A DNA stretch of 64,000 nucleotides. It comes from Octopus vulgaris. Its lineage: Eukaryota. Below the pieces are notes generated by a model that was not told the DNA's origin, did no database searches, and saw nothing but the letters and a program-made list of their open reading frames with translations. The stretch is taken from NCBI GenBank assembly GCA_951406725.2, contig OX597839.1:7006001-7070000 (forward strand), given 5' to 3'. Shown here piece after piece: positions 30,006-43,254 of this stretch (positions are counted from its first letter, which is position 1; each line of letters starts with the position of its first letter). The position numbers were made by a program, and so were the translations under genes.

Positions 30006-30400
30006 CTAGCAGTATCGCCCGGCGTTGCTCGGGTTTGTAAGGGAAATAACTATATAAGCATTTTTAGAGAGTTATAGCCAAAAATAGGAAAAAATGCATT
30101 AAAAATGGAAAAAAAATTAAGGTAAATTTCTTTTTAAATCGTTGACACATCGTAGATATTTTTAGAGAGTTACTTCCCTTACATAACAGCAAAAAAAATG
30201 CATTAAAATGGAAAAATATGATGGTAAATTTGTTTAAATCGTAGACTCATCGTAGACGCGCGCTAATACCCAGAAGGGCTCGATATGAATCACGACTATA
30301 AGATACCCGGTTTTGGTTACACTGCACCGCAAAATGTGGGAGTCGTTACGAATCTAAATCGTAGGAGACAGACACACAACTTCACTCTTATATATAAAGA
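30006..30400 (-). mobile_element. Non-autonomous Helitron, complete
   Basis: Minus strand: A|TCTTTATATATAAG... subterminal GC hairpin (CCCGAGCAACGCCGGG) ...CTAG|T. Confidence 0.8.
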
Positions 30401-30508
30401 TATAAGTCACGTAGTTATATACACATACTTTGTTATATACACATTCTTAAAAGAAAATGTTATTTTGAATACAATATTTATAAAGAATAAAATATTTTTT
30501 GGTTTTTC

Positions 30509-30900
30509 TTAACCCTTTCGTTACTATATTTCTGACCAAATTACACCCCTTATGTGTTTCAATTAATTTCTAACGTAATCATAAATTTAGTCTGGTTTCA
30601 TTAAACAACTATAACTTTTTTATTTATCAATATATTAATCTGATTTTTGGAAGATAATTTAATGAAATATTCTCAACCAATTCTACACTATAATTTTTGT
30701 CACAAAGTGACTCTAATTGCAGGTAGATACAGGTAAATTCAACAATATATAAAATTATTAAAATTTTGTTCAAACATTGCTATAGAAAATGGGTTATTAG
30801 CTAATATTCAATTGGGTACACAACAAAATTTTACGATAGAATTTGTTATTCTGGGTAACTTTCTGATACCCATAATAATATTTATGGCAAAATAGGCCTT
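30509..30900 (+). mobile_element. Possible piggyBac-type terminal fragment
   Basis: TTAA|CCCTTTCGTTAC start. The partner TIR was not found and the end is uncertain. Confidence 0.35.
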
Positions 30901-31264
30901 AATCTAATTTAAGGTTTGGTTGGAAACCACTAACAATCCTTTCTTTCGCTTTGTTTACGTTTAGCGTAATGATTTCAAATAGGCTCATTCGAAAAAGTAA
31001 AAAGAAATAGTTTAAGGCTTTACTCTTCTGGGAAAGTCTGTGGCTTGGTGCAGTTTCTTCAGAAAAATCACCGAAAGAAACAGTTTTTAAATTTTCACTC
31101 CATTCAGGTACCAATTCATTTTCTTAATCGCTGTCGGATTCACTGTTTTCACTTTAATAGCTGCAAACTTGCAAAGACAAAGGAGGAGAAGGGTGATAGC
31201 GTCAGTGAAACAGTCGCTCCCTTTGTGTGTGTGTGCGTTTGCGTGTGGTGTATCCCACATTAAG

Positions 31265-31715
31265 AAAAACATTTGACATATACACCAGAATGTGAGTTTT
31301 CTCTAAATTTTGCTTAATTGGGGTTGAAATTTTAAAAACCGGACCTGGCATGACCCGATGCATTCTACTCTTAAAAATGCTAGGTAAATTGTAATTGAAG
31401 AAATCCTATATTGTAGATTTCTATAACTTATAAAGGGAGGCAGATAAAATCTGCCTTTTATAATAAGATATATATATATATATATATACTAGCAGTATCG
31501 CCCGGCGTTGCTTGGGTTTGTTTCGACCCGTTAGCATTAGAATTTTTGAAAAGTAAAAATTTTGCATTATGTGGTTTGTTATTCTCTTTAAGTGAACATT
31601 TTTCTTGTTGAAATGCACCGAAAAATGGCGACACACCAGTAAAAAAATCGTAAAAAATAGGGATTTTCATAGAAAAAAAAGCATCATTTTGATATAAATG
31701 GTTTTTGGTCTTAGA
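31265..31715 (-). mobile_element. Two Helitron pieces: a 3' end (CTAG at 31489) and a 5' end (TC at 31468), separated by (TA)n
   Basis: ACTAGCAGTATCGCCCGGCGTTGCT is shared with 30005 and 33699. The minus strand reads A|TCTTATTATATAAAAGGCAG from 31468. Confidence 0.65.
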
Positions 31716-31739
31716 TATATATATAGATATATATACTCG

Positions 31740-32080
31740 TACTCTTTTACACTTTTACCTGTTTCAGTCATGTGACTGAGGCCATATTGATGCACCGCCT
31801 TTAGTCGAGCAAATCGACCCCAGGACTTATTCTTTGTAAGCTTAGTACTTATTCTATCGGTCTCTTTTGCCGAACCGCTAAGTTACGGGGACGTAAATAC
31901 ACAAGCATCGGTGGTCAAGCGATGTTGGAGTGGGGACAAACACAGACATACAAACACACACACATACATATATACATATATACGACGGGCTTCTTTCAGT
32001 TTCCCTCTACCAAATCCACTCACAAGGCTTTGATCGGCCCGAGGCTATAGTAGAAGACACTTCCCCAAGGTGCCACGCAT
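31740..32080 (-). mobile_element. SINE family A lacking its head; a diverged + strand copy lies at 32205-32578
   Basis: Similarity to 12615-13033. Confidence 0.85.
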
Positions 32081-32128
32081 AGACAGGCAGGCAGGCAGAA
32101 GACAGTCAGACAGATAGATAAATGTATT

Positions 32129-32182
<54 letters not shown>

Positions 32183-32666
32183 AAGATAGATAGACATAAC
32201 TTTATCGTGACTGTGTGGTAAGAAGCTTGCATCCGAACCACATGGTTTCAGGTTCAGTCCTACCGCACGGTACCCTGATCAACAGTCTTCTGCCATAGCC
32301 ACGGGTTGACAAAATCCTTGTAAGTGGAATTGATAGACGGAAACTGAAAGAAGCCTGTCTTATATGTTTCTTTGTGCCTGCGTTTGCCCTCTATTATCGC
32401 TTGACAACTAATGTTGATGTGCTTATGTCTCCGTAACTTAGCGGTTCGGTAAAAGGTGCGGATAGAATGAGTACTAGGCTTACGAAGAATAAGTCAAGCG
32501 GTTGATTTGTTCGATTAAAGCCCTTAAAGGCAGTGCTCCAGAATGACCGCAGTCAAGTGACTGTAACAAGTAAAAACCAAAGAAATTCATTCATATATAT
32601 TGCGTGCAAGTATGTGTGTGTGTATGTAAGTATGTATCTATGCATGTAAATATGTATGTATATATA

Positions 32667-32733
<67 letters not shown>

Positions 32734-32815
32734 ATATATTAATAAATAAAACATATGCATATATATATACATATATGTACGTACCTACCTCTACATGTAT
32801 ATATACACGCATATA

Positions 32816-33024
32816 TGAGTACAGGACACCAAAAAAAACGTCGAACACAATGAGAAACGAAAACATAGACACAAACCCAAGGAACTGGACATTTTTCTTA
32901 AACAACAAAAAAATAGAGTACAGGACAAATAGCACAAGGAAAAAACCCCTTCTTCAGTCGCCATGGTTTCATCTACTCTACGTTTCGAAGGTGAAGGCGA
33001 GACGTATCTTTGATAAGAAACTTT

Positions 33025-33027
<3 letters not shown>
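32816..33027 (-). mobile_element. Short element between (TA)n tracts carrying a permuted HHR-like motif
   Basis: Internal direct repeat GAGTACAGGACA. Minus strand: CCTTC-GAAA-CG-TA...CGA-CTGAAGA-AGGGG. Confidence 0.45.
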
Positions 33028-33089
<62 letters not shown>

Positions 33090-33092
<3 letters not shown>

Positions 33093-33330
33093 CAAACGGG
33101 AAAACAGAAAAAACAACAACACGTGGAACAATTACAGTATTATTATTAATAGGCGCTCAGGAAAGATGGAAGCAGGAAGGTATGACGTTTCGAGCGGAGC
33201 TCTTCGTCGGAAACATAAAGATGGAAGGGAGAGGAAAGAAAGATCCCGAAGTGGGCAAACAGAGGGAGAAAAAAACGACTGGTGTTTACGAAGTACACAA
33301 ACAGTGGAAAACATAAACCAAAACATAGAA
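33090..33330 (-). mobile_element. CCGACGA-HHR family copy, HHR at 33180-33214
   Basis: Minus strand: GTTT-CCGACGA-A-GAGC(TCC)GCTC-GAAA-CG-TC-ATAC. Adjacent to (TA)n. Confidence 0.7.
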
Positions 33331-33447
33331 ATAAAATTAATTAATATAATATACAAAATATATAAAATATAAAATTCAAAATTTCAATTATTTAAATTTA
33401 AAGTTAAAATTTAAAAAATTTTCTAAATTATTAATTTATACTTATAA

Positions 33448-33497
<50 letters not shown>

Positions 33498-33699
33498 TTC
33501 ATTTTTATTTTTATTTTTTATTTTGTTTTTTATTTTTTTAAATTATATATTTATTAAATTTTTTTTTATTTTCAATATATATAACTACCAAAAAGTATTA
33601 AAAAGTTTAATATAAGATAAAAAGTAAAACCACTACGATCGTTTCATGCCAATAACCTAATTCGAATAACAATAATTTAAATTCAATTATATATATATA

Positions 33700-34080
33700 C
33701 TAGCAGTATCGCCCGGCGTTGCTCAGGTTTGTAAGGGAAATAACTATAAAGCATTTTTAGAGTTATAGCCAAAAAATAGCAAAAAAATGGGGAAAAAATG
33801 ATGGTAAATTTTTTTGAGAGTTAAAAAAGGTGGAGTTGCGTCCCCTAGACGGTCTGTGGTTTGGGTTTCCGATTCTCGACCCCATGTCGAATTTATCGAT
33901 TTTTTTCAGAACTGGGGGAACTTTTCAAAATTTTCGCTGCGTTAGTTTTGAATTATGACATTGGGCTATGTGTGTGTCAAGTTTCATCAGAATCGGTTGA
34001 AAGCCGTGGTCAGAGTGAGGGTACGAGAAAACAGACACACAGAAAACGCACAGACAAACTGCCGTTTATATAGAGAGAGA
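33700..34080 (-). mobile_element. Non-autonomous Helitron, complete
   Basis: Minus strand: A|TCTCTCTCTATATAAAC...hairpin...CTAG|T. Shares its 3' ~120 bp with 30006-30400. Confidence 0.8.
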
Positions 34081-34287
34081 TACAGCTTGTAAGTAAATTC
34101 TAACAACACTGCAAGAGAGTTTTTTGCTATTAATTGCATAGATAATTAGAATTTTTCGATGATTTCCCATTCAGTTTAACACACACACATACATACGCAT
34201 ACAGGCACTTATATATGTGTGTGTATTTGTGTGTGTATGCTTATGAGAATGCTTGGAAGTTATCTATTATGTATGCCGCCTTATACG

Positions 34288-34356
<69 letters not shown>

Positions 34357-34426
34357 TTATATATATATATATATATATACATATATATATACACACATAT
34401 ATATATATATATATACATACATATAT

Positions 34427-34462
<36 letters not shown>

Positions 34463-34882
34463 GCAGACATGTATGTGTACAATTATGAAATTGGTATTGC
34501 TACGTAGGCATCACAGAAATACAACACACACAGACAGGTATGCATAAACGCAAACACATGTATACATATGTACACACACACACACACACACATACACACT
34601 CATACACACACACACACACATACACACACACATCAACCATTCGTAGAGAGTGTCAAAGAGTCACTTCTCACGGTTCATCAAGTAACAATGACGGGTAATG
34701 GCTGTGGTGAACCCATCCACCCCCACCAGGGGGCGTTCTTTATCCTTAAATCTCTGACATGTCAGCCACTTATTAATACCAGCGTCTTCACGGTGACACT
34801 CCTCCAAATTCACGTGATTCTACTAACTTCTTGCATACACTAAAACATACTTACCTAAACACATTCACATAAGAATATGCAT

Positions 34883-34986
<104 letters not shown>

Positions 34987-35011
34987 GCATATATCATGAA
35001 TGTGTGCGTGC

Positions 35012-35061
<50 letters not shown>

Positions 35062-35065
<4 letters not shown>

Positions 35066-35284
35066 TTTACTCTTTTACTTGTTTCAGTCATTTGACTGTG
35101 GCCATGCTGGAGCACCGCCTTTAGTCGAGCAAATCGACCCCGGGACTTATTATTCTTTGTAAGCCCAGTACTTATTCTATCGGTCTCTTTTGCCGAACCG
35201 CTAAGTTACGGGGACGTAAACACACCAGCATCGGTTGTCAAGCAATGCTAGGGGGACAAACACAGACACACAGACACACACACG

Positions 35285-35330
<46 letters not shown>

Positions 35331-35488
35331 TACGACGGGCTTCTTTCAGTTTCCGTCTACCAAATCCACTCACAAGGCTTTGGTCGGCCCGAGGCTATAG
35401 TAGAAGACACTTGCCCAAGGTGCCACGCAGTGGGACTGAACCCGGAACCATGTGGTTGGTTAGCAAGCTACTTACCACACAGCCACTC
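35062..35488 (-). mobile_element. SINE family A with ~32-bp flanking direct repeat
   Basis: ATATAAATGCATATATCATGAATGTGTGCGTG at 34979-35010 and 35489-35520. Confidence 0.9.
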
Positions 35489-35521
35489 ATATAAATGCAT
35501 ATATCATGAATGTGTGCGTGT

Positions 35522-35635
35522 GTAACAGCCGAAATTGCTAAGATGATCCGATTCCGACTGAAGATTAGAGGCTTCGAGTGACCCGTCTGTTTTTTTGTGT
35601 CGTCTCTTTGTGTGTTTTTGCGTTCTTGTCCCACT
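35522..35635 (+). mobile_element. Short element with permuted HHR-like motif, related to 56862-57037
   Basis: AGCC-GAAA-TTGC-TA...CGA-CTGAAGA-TTAGA-GGCT. Ends TTTTGCGTTCTTGTCCCA, as near 57020-57037. Confidence 0.45.
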
Positions 35636-35665
35636 TTGTAATTTATATTTTATATATTATATTTC

Positions 35666-35714
<49 letters not shown>

Positions 35715-35994
35715 TATATATATATACATACATATATATAAATCCTTAAATCCTTAAAGATGTTTTAGCCCGAAGGCCACGGCCATGCAAGTGTGTGCTA
35801 AAAAGTGCTTTAATGGTAGCGCCAAAGAACTGGCTGGAGGCCCAAACTTCCGTGTTCTTTTACAGAGCTTAGAAAAACTATAGGACTGCTGCAATAAGTA
35901 TATGAGTCTGAGAGGGAATAAGTTACCATAATTAACTGATTCTCCTGTATATCTTTTACCCAAAGCCAGGAACTTTTCGGCATCCACCGGTGTG

Positions 35995-36034
<40 letters not shown>

Positions 36035-36049
36035 ATATATATATATATA

Positions 36050-36261
36050 TTGTTTGTTTGTCTGCGTTTGTCCTCCCAACATCGCTTGACAACCGATGTT
36101 GGAGTGTTTACATCCCCGTGACTTATCGGTTCGGCAAAAAAAACGATAAAATAAGTACTAGGCTTACAAAGACTAAGTCCTGGGGTCGATTTGCTCGACA
36201 AAAAGGCGATGCACCAGAATGGCCGCAGTCAAATATGACTGAAACAAATAAAACAATAAAA

Positions 36262-36263
<2 letters not shown>
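36050..36263 (+). mobile_element. SINE family A 3' half
   Basis: Similarity to 29780-29978. Confidence 0.8.
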
Positions 36264-36299
<36 letters not shown>

Positions 36300-36418
36300 T
36301 TATATATATATAAATATATATATATACACACTTATATATATATACATATATATACATATATATACATATATATACATATGTACATGTATATACATACATA
36401 CCCACACACACAAATATA

Positions 36419-36477
<59 letters not shown>

Positions 36478-36479
<2 letters not shown>

Positions 36480-36615
36480 GAATTTACAAGAAAACAAAAG
36501 ACAGGTGTGTAGACGACAAATAGTTTTAACGCTCGGGAAGGTGAGAAAGTCTTTTACGTTTCGAGCCTACACTCTTGAAGAGAAAGGAAAACGAGAAAAT
36601 AAACAGAGAGAGAAT
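36478..36615 (-). mobile_element. Decayed copy of the CTGTAGA-HHR family
   Basis: AAAGTCTTTTACGTTTCGAGCCTACACTCTT, after (TA)n. Confidence 0.6.
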
Positions 36616-36839
36616 ATATATAAAACTTTGATGACTTTCGGTCAGTATCGGCCTAGGCCATATCTAACGTAATAGTACTCTTATATTTTATTCTTTATTT
36701 ATGATTTGGTTTATGTCTATCATTGTTTGAATTGCATAATAGTGGTTTCTTCTCTATATTATATAGTATATATTTATATTGTGAAATTTGATTTAATACT
36801 AAATTGAATTTCTCCCTGCAAGTTTGGTGTTATACTCCC

Positions 36840-37135
<296 letters not shown>

Positions 37136-37183
37136 GTATACATACATACATATGCATGTATATATATATATATATATAATATA

Positions 37184-37348
37184 CAGACAAACGGATTAAG
37201 TCGATTATATCGACCGCAGTGCGAAGCTGGTACTTAATTTATCGACCCGAAAAGATGAAAGGCAAAGTTGACCTCGACGGAATTTGAACTCAGAACGCAA
37301 CGGCAGACGAAATACGGCTACGCATTTCGCCCGGTGTGCTCGCCGCCT
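37184..37348 (-). mobile_element. SINE family B fragment
   Basis: Similarity to 12260-12485. Confidence 0.8.
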
Positions 37349-37492
37349 TAGAAGTAATGTTTGTTGCTACATTAATATGGCTGTTCGACGTTACTAGTTT
37401 TTACCCCAGCTGTCAACCATTAAGTCGCATACCATCATGAGGACTAGTACAGTCGAATACATTGATACTTCCCAAAATATTATTATCGATAC

Positions 37493-37532
<40 letters not shown>

Positions 37533-37727
37533 TATTTATTTTCGTTGAAAAGTAATACGTAAAATTTGACAGCATTATCGTTCTACACCCGGATTGCCAC
37601 CCGCCTGCGGCTTCGCAATATAAAAGGAAATTTGACATGATATAAAGTTACGGGTAAAGCAGTCAGCCAGGTAGACAGCGGTGCCTGTATGCATGTGTCT
37701 ATATGTATATATGTGTGTGTGTCTGTG

Positions 37728-37780
<53 letters not shown>

Positions 37781-37964
37781 GTATAACTGTGTGTATATAT
37801 ATATATATTTATGTGTCTGTCTATATACATATATATACACACACCCACACACGTGTGGGAGGAGTGTATGAGTGCGTGTGTATCAGAGTTCAATAAGTGC
37901 AAATTCGGAGATGTATTAATTTAGTATCACTACCATTAAACGTGTGTGTGTGTGTGTGTGTGTG

Positions 37965-38015
<51 letters not shown>

Positions 38016-38116
38016 TGTGTGTGTGTTTGTGTAGAAGGATGAAAAGGAACACACGAGTTGATATATATGGAAAAAAGTCAAGATAGATGATAAAAAAATT
38101 TTATAAAAAAACATTT

Positions 38117-38152
38117 AAGTACCGGTTTCAGTCATTGAGACGTTTTCAACTC
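38117..38152 (-). ncRNA. Minimal hammerhead-like motif, U3:A8 core variant
   Basis: Minus strand: GAG-TTGAAAA-CGTC(TCAAT)GACT-GAAA-CCGG-TA-CTT. Confidence 0.5.
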
Positions 38153-38269
38153 CAAGTATGGAAAACAATTAAATTTGGAAAAATCAAAAGAAAAGTCTTT
38201 TTTTAAAGAATATTTGTATAGGGTTCAAATACAAATAGCATTTTCCTTGTTTCTGCCTGTCTCTGTCTC

Positions 38270-38389
38270 TCGGTAGCCATGATAAATTTCCGAGTTTCGG
38301 ATATCGGGGTGGAAATCCACGCCGCCATCTCTTCAGTTATCTGGCCATCGGAAGACATCCGAAACTCGGAGTTTTATCATGGCTACCGA
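38270..38389. repeat. 120-bp hairpin or mini-MITE with ~35-bp arms
   Basis: TCGGTAGCCATGATAAATTTCCGAGTTTCGGAT ... ATCCGAAACTCGGAGTTTTATCATGGCTACCGA. Confidence 0.85.
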
Positions 38390-38879
38390 ATAATTGTCAC
38401 ATATTACATTTACAGATAAATTCCTCTGTTTACATAATATGGAGGTCTCTTTCTTTCTTTTGTTGTATTACCATTTCTATCAATATATATATATATATAT
38501 ATATACATGCATACATACACCACCTCTACCCCCACCCTCTGCCTACCCACAAACCCCAACTCTACCCCAACCCCCAGCTGTACCCAAACCCCACCCGTGC
38601 TTTCCCCACTCTCGCCTCCCCACCTCCCCACAACATCACACTACACCACACTACACCATACAACATTACACATCACATCACAACACACCACCCACACACC
38701 CATCCCCATATCTTCACATCTCACATACATACATGCACACATCCAGACCACCAGCCCTCCTTCACAAACACATACATACTCTCTTATACACACATGCAAC
38801 TTTGTGTTGGGGGGGTCATCTTTACCTTGTTATCTCCCCTACTTTCCTCCTCATGTGTGACCCTTCTGTCCGGCACTAG

Positions 38880-39078
38880 TCGCCATGATAGATCGTTAGC
38901 CACTACACACATTTTTTCTCTCCCTTTTTCTCTCCTTGTTTTTTCTGTGTCCCTTTCTGTAGAAGAGCGTAGGCTCGAAACGTAAAACACTTTTTCTATT
39001 CCTGACCGTTATACTAATACATCTGTTTCTTTTGTACACCACCTATCTTCGTCTTTTGTTTCTTTCGTAAACTCTCCC

Positions 39079-39080
<2 letters not shown>
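38880..39080 (+). mobile_element. CTGTAGA-HHR family element (HHR at 38953-38988) ending at (TA)n
   Basis: CTTT-CTGTAGA-A-GAGC(GTAG)GCTC-GAAA-CG-TA-AAAC. Confidence 0.75.
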
Positions 39081-39144
<64 letters not shown>

Positions 39145-39240
39145 GGAGTAAACACATAAATGTGAAACAAGGTGAAAAAAAGAGTATTGAAATACCAGTG
39201 GTAGAGTAATATGTTGAATTTTCTGCTGCTTTAAATAAAG

Positions 39241-39312
<72 letters not shown>

Positions 39313-39313
39313 T

Positions 39314-39361
<48 letters not shown>

Positions 39362-39385
39362 CTAAGATAGATAGATAGATAGAAC

Positions 39386-39575
39386 GTTAGCCACTATACA
39401 CATTTTTTCTCTCCTTGTTTATCTCCTTCGTTTTTCTGTGTCCCTTTCTGTAGAAGAGCGTAGGCTCGAAACGTAAAAGACTTTTTCTATTCCTGACCGT
39501 TATACTAATACATCTGTTTGTTTTGTACACCACCTGTCTTCGTCTTTTTGTTTTATTTTTTCGTAAACTCTCCAT
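39386..39575 (+). mobile_element. CTGTAGA-HHR family element (HHR at 39444-39479)
   Basis: CTTT-CTGTAGA-A-GAGC(GTAG)GCTC-GAAA-CG-TA-AAAG, with perfect stems I and II. Confidence 0.75.
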
Positions 39576-40159
39576 ACATATTGGCCTCTCAAGTCTATGT
39601 TCATATCACGTTATCACACAGAATATCTGCAATATCAGTACTTTCCGGATACGACCGAAGCTATGTTGGCCTAGCTTTCTCAATATATAAACTACTTTAT
39701 GACTATTCCGTCCATCATTTTTCTTTGTGTTGTTTCAACTTTCCGTTTAGAATGTTTGTTCGATATAATATATCTTTTCCACAATAACTATTTTCCATTT
39801 TTAACATTTTCCTATTTGCAAACCTATCACTAAGTTTATTCCATCGATTTTCTGTGCATTTATAATACATCACTGCTAAGTTTCAAGTAATTTATTATAT
39901 TTACATATCTTCTTTCAGATATATCCCTCTAGAATTCTTCTGTTCATATTTACAATACTTTCGGTTTCCAGTTTTCTTTTTTAGTTTCTCTACAAATAAA
40001 TGTTTTCAGCTCTTCAATTGCATATCCATCATTTTTAGAATTTATTTTAGTTTCTTACTGTTATAGAGTATCACTCGAAAATAACAAACCGTTTGAGAAA
40101 CATTTCAAGCAAGGGGATTCACTTTACAAACAAGTGTTTCGTGTGTCTGTGTATTCTTT

Positions 40160-40356
40160 TATTATTTTACTCCTTTATTTGTTTCAGTCATTCGACTGAG
40201 GCCATGCTGGAGGACCGCCTTTAGTCGAGCAAATCGACCCCAGGACTTATTCTTTGTAAGCCTAGTACTTATTCTATCGGTATCTTTTGCCAAATCGCTA
40301 AGTTACAGAGACGAAAACACACCAACATCGGTTGTCAAGCGATGGTGGGGGGACAA
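40160..40356 (-). mobile_element. SINE family A 3' half
   Basis: Similarity to 12615-12820. Confidence 0.8.
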
Positions 40357-40364
40357 AAAGTATA

Positions 40365-40594
40365 GACCGGGCGTTGTGTGTGTTTATTGAGCGAAAACAC
40401 CTAAAAGCTCCACGAGGCTCCGGCAGGGGGTGGTGATCCCTGCTGTACTCTTTCACCACTCTTTCTCCCACTCTTTCTTCTGTTGGCCTGCTCGCTTAGC
40501 CAGCGGGGTGGCGTCATTCGAAGACTAAAGCAATGCGAACGCATTGTGACCAGCGATGTGTAGCAACATCTGATGGTTTGGTCGGTCACGTGAT

Positions 40595-40601
<7 letters not shown>
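40365..40601 (+). mobile_element. SINE family C body with tail type 3, ending (TCACGTGA)2 then (TA)n
   Basis: AGACCGGGCGTTGTG...CCCTGCTGTACTCTTTCACC is shared with 26803-26900, then the sequence diverges. Confidence 0.8.
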
Positions 40602-40631
<30 letters not shown>

Positions 40632-40634
<3 letters not shown>

Positions 40635-40827
40635 TTTACTCTTTTACTTGTTTCAGTCATTTGACAGCGGCCATGCTGGAACATCGCCTTTTAGTCGAGC
40701 AAATCGCCCCCAGGACTTATTCTTTGTAAGCCTAGTACTTATTGTATCGGTATCTTTTGCCGAATCGTTAAGTTACAGAGACGTAAAGACACCAGCATCG
40801 GTAGTCAAGCAATGTTGCGGAGGACAG

Positions 40828-40890
<63 letters not shown>

Positions 40891-40891
40891 A

Positions 40892-40922
<31 letters not shown>

Positions 40923-41093
40923 TACATATACGACGGGTTTCTTTCAGTTTCCGTCAAGCAAATCCACTCACAAGGCTTTGGCCAGCCTGAGGCTATAGTA
41001 GCAGACACTTTCCCAAGGTGCCACGCAGTGGGACTGAACCCGGAACCATGTGGTTGGTAAGCAAGCTACTTACCACACATCCACTCCTGCGCC
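40632..41093 (-). mobile_element. SINE family A, full length
   Basis: As 12615-13033. Confidence 0.9.
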
Positions 41094-41545
41094 TGTTGAC
41101 GGTGGCGATGGTGGTGGGGGTGGTGACGGTAGCTATGGTGATGGCGGAGGAAGGGGACGGTGGATATGGTGGATGTGGTGGTGGTGATGGTGTTGTTGGC
41201 GGTGGTGGTGGTGGTGGAGGTGGGGGCGGTTGCTATGGTGATGGTGGTGGCGTTGTTGGCGGTGGCGGTGGATATATATGTGTGTGTGTGTGTGTGTGTG
41301 TAATCGTGGGAATATTTTTGAAGTGCTCGCGAACTTATCCTTATAAGGAGTTCTGTACTGGAGAGATTCAGCATGACAAAGAGTGTTACAAGACTGGCTC
41401 TTTGAAACACGGGGTCCACTCATTCTTGGAACAATGTGAAATAAAGTGAGCTGGTCAAGGACACAACGCGCCGTTGGTAATAGAACTCAGGGCCTTGAGA
41501 TCGTGAGCTGATTGCCCTAACCACTAAGCCACGCGCCTTCATTTA

Positions 41546-41603
<58 letters not shown>

Positions 41604-41699
41604 CGGGAAGCTTTATGAAAATAAACAAAAGACGAAGGCAGGTGGAATACAAACAAACAATTGTATTAATATGGCGCTCGGGAAATATAAATAAAACAA

Positions 41700-41743
<44 letters not shown>

Positions 41744-41841
41744 GCACACACAAACGTATACTTACATACGTACCTCCGTACATACATACATACACACGTC
41801 AGTACGTACGTACGTACATACTCTCTGCATTCAATGAAACA

Positions 41842-42480
41842 GTGGCTCACAATTTGTTTGCTGTGCCAGCACTCATACCAACATTTGGGTTGCTTGATTG
41901 GAGTCTTGATGTGAAAACCCGAAAGGTACTAAGAAGCACATATAATTTCAACATAAATAGTGACATAGACCGCCTCTACCAAAAACGAAAACAAGGCGGC
42001 AGAGGCTTAACATCGATCCAAAATGCGTTTGAATGCCGCATCATATCCCTTCAGCATCATCTTTTAACCAGAAAGTGTAGAAGTGCATCTCTTGACCACG
42101 TTTGCATACATGAGGCTGATAATATCATAAGTCATGGAAGGCAGCTCCATTCGCAACACACTTTGTCTGATAACCTATAATACATGGCAAAAGAAGTCAC
42201 ACGACTCTAACGCAACATATCAGATGAAAGGATGAGCCTATATGAGCAGAATACTATGCATGGATATATCAGTAAGAAGCACCGTGGTGATAGGAACATC
42301 GGTCATTAAAGCAGTTTATCATCGACCAATAGCTGGATTACTACCTCCCACTTTGAAGGGCAAGCGTTTGCAATCGAGGAAGAGGAAATACCAACGATGT
42401 ACCTGATGCAAAAAAGGGATAGAGATGCAGGAAAAGCAGAAAAATGTGACAACCATTGCAGACAGAGAGGGGAATATGTT
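41842..42480 (+). pseudogene. Remnant of an RLE-type non-LTR retrotransposon ORF (R4/Dong-like), post-RT region
   Basis: AHNLFAVPALIPTFGLLDW...NSDIDRLYQKRKQGGRGL. Past stops, MHGYI...SHFEGQAFAIEEEEIPT...KCDNHCR resembles the RLY..R..GGRGL and EG...AIQEQ motifs of R4-clade elements. Confidence 0.75.
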
Positions 42481-42499
42481 GAATATATTCATAACTGAT

Positions 42500-42750
42500 C
42501 CACCGCCACCACCACCACCACCACCACCACCACCACCACCACAACAGCCACCACCACAACAGCCACCGCCACGAACAACACCACCACCGCCACCAGCGCC
42601 ACGACTGCCACCACCACATCCATCACCACCACCACCACCACCACCACCGCCAACAACGCCACCGCCAACAACGCCATCGCCAACAACGCCACCGCCAACA
42701 ACGCCACCACCACCACCACCACTACCACCACCACCACCACCGCCAGCAAC
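42500..42750 (-). repeat. CCA-rich low-complexity repeat related to the GGT satellite
   Basis: CCACCGCCAACAACGCC units. Confidence 0.75.
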
Positions 42751-43092
42751 ATTTAAGCACCATCTCGTATACATAAACACACACACATACACACACACAC
42801 ATATATATATACATATATATATATATATATTTATTAATCAATATAGGGTGGCAAAAAAATTTTGTAGAATTCTTTTGCCACCAGCGGCCTAGTGGGAAAA
42901 AATTAAATAGTCATAGACCATTTTTAAGTTCAACATCAACAATCAAGGAACGGCCATAATAGGCCATTCACCCACTAGAAATAACAGCCAAAGCTTCAAC
43001 CGCAAATAAAAATTAATTCCGTAAACCAGGAGAAAATTTAAAAAACATTTATATATATATATGTGTGTATGTATATATATGTATATATACAT

Positions 43093-43181
<89 letters not shown>

Positions 43182-43254
43182 TGTGTGTATGTGTACGTGT
43201 GTGTGTTTATGTATACGAGATGGTGCTGGAATATATATATTTCTTTATAGCCCG

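Noticed and set aside
39590-40030. Possible decayed RTE LINE 3' ends (also 10190-10370 and 3500-3660)
   Set aside because: Only vague motif resemblance across many stops. A profile search is required.
42843-42900. TA|TAGGGTGGCAAAAAA as the left TIR of the Tc1 remnant at 47188
   Set aside because: No matching right TIR is visible after 47496.
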